Shown here one piece after another: positions 63,275-64,000 of a stretch of 64,000 nucleotides of DNA (positions within the stretch are counted from its first letter, which is position 1; each line of letters opens with the position of its first letter). Source of the DNA: Lingula anatina. Taxonomy: Eukaryota > Animalia > Brachiopoda. The stretch covers positions 6,758,001 to 6,822,000 of the forward strand of contig CM120641.1 of assembly GCA_051362555.1 (NCBI GenBank), written 5' to 3'. The translations under genes and the position numbers were made by a program. Below the pieces are notes generated by a model that worked only from the letters and a program-made list of their open reading frames with translations, ran no database searches and was not told the origin of the DNA.

Positions 63275-64000
63275 ATGGGCTCCTCGAAAAGTGAAAGCTC
63301 CGACGAAGACGAGAAGTCTGATAAAAAGTCCAAGAAAAAGAAAAGGTCTGGTGCCAAAGAATACCTAAGCCTGAAATCTGGGAAGGGCGAAGACAGCCCC
63401 GAGAAGAAGGTTGAAGAAAAGAGTGCCAACAAGAAAAAAACAAAAACGAAGAAGAAAATCGGTGCTAATGTACATGTAGCTGGACTAAAAGGCTACAAAC
63501 TAAAATCTCTAAAACCTCTCAAAAGACTTGAAGTCGAAGCGACGACGTCCGATATCCTTTGTTCTCTCGTGATCTCCCTACTCATGCTGGGGTTAGGAGT
63601 GACAATAGTATGTGTCGGATACTACGTAACTCACACGTTTGATCTCTACGCAGTCTTAGGTCCTCTAATAACATGTTTGTCAGCTATTTCACTATTCATT
63701 ACAATAATAATCGTCGTAAAAGGAATATCGGGGGCGCTGAGGAGGAAACTAGTCGGTCCATCCCCACCGGCTTCACAAGCTGACTATAATATATTCAATA
63801 CGCATATTCCCCACGAAGGAGACCCTCCTAGATATGGCGAGAAGTACCCAACCCAGTTCTACCCGGTGCAAGCGTGTATTTTGCCTGATAGCACACAGCT
63901 CTACGGGACACCAGTGGACGAGGTTGACGGCACTGTTGAACCACCGCTGATAACTTATGTGGCTGGTCACACCAGTGACGGAGCGGCAATATTTACCGTC
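63275..64000 (+). CDS. Uncharacterised two-transmembrane protein; open for 242 codons to the window edge
   Basis: Hand translation: MGSSKSESSDEDEKSDKKSKKKKR...ILCSLVISLLMLGLGVTIVCVGYYV-THTFD-LYAVLGPLITCLSAISLFITIIIVV-KG...GDPPRYGE...AIFTV. No stop within the window, so the ORF track does not list it. Confidence 0.75.
   Translation, partial: MGSSKSESSDEDEKSDKKSKKKKRSGAKEYLSLKSGKGEDSPEKKVEEKSANKKKTKTKKKIGANVHVAGLKGYKLKSLKPLKRLEVEATTSDILCSLVISLLMLGLGVTIVCVGYYVTHTFDLYAVLGPLITCLSAISLFITIIIVVKGISGALRRKLVGPSPPASQADYNIFNTHIPHEGDPPRYGEKYPTQFYPVQACILPDSTQLYGTPVDEVDGTVEPPLITYVAGHTSDGAAIFTV

Overview
AT-rich, intron-rich animal genomic DNA, most likely an invertebrate such as a mollusc or other lophotrochozoan (inferred from HINE-type repeats, TACATGTA runs and protein divergence; not proven). 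It is a compact block of housekeeping genes, in order: BPTF/NURF301 (-), AIMP2 (+), lysosomal alpha-glucosidase GAA (+), NTHL1 (-), PRPSAP (+), PALB2 (-), RAB40 (+), then the start of an unrecognised two-TM ORF (+) that runs off the window end. Six of the seven named genes form three head-to-head pairs. Introns and spacers carry several mobile elements: a non-autonomous Helentron (HINE), an RTE LINE stub, a decayed hAT with a 5-bp TSD, a long-TIR MITE also with a 5-bp TSD, a TTAA/TA MITE, and a 42-bp perfect palindrome with a 7-bp TSD resembling a P-element excision footprint. Splicing oddities are two probable GC-AG introns in GAA, two duplicated frame-breaking decoy acceptors, and a possible hidden RAB40 microexon. 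I see no prokaryote-type system, CRISPR array, rRNA or tRNA, and no unambiguous new multi-gene system. All exon boundaries were read by eye and family calls rest on recalled motifs, not searches.
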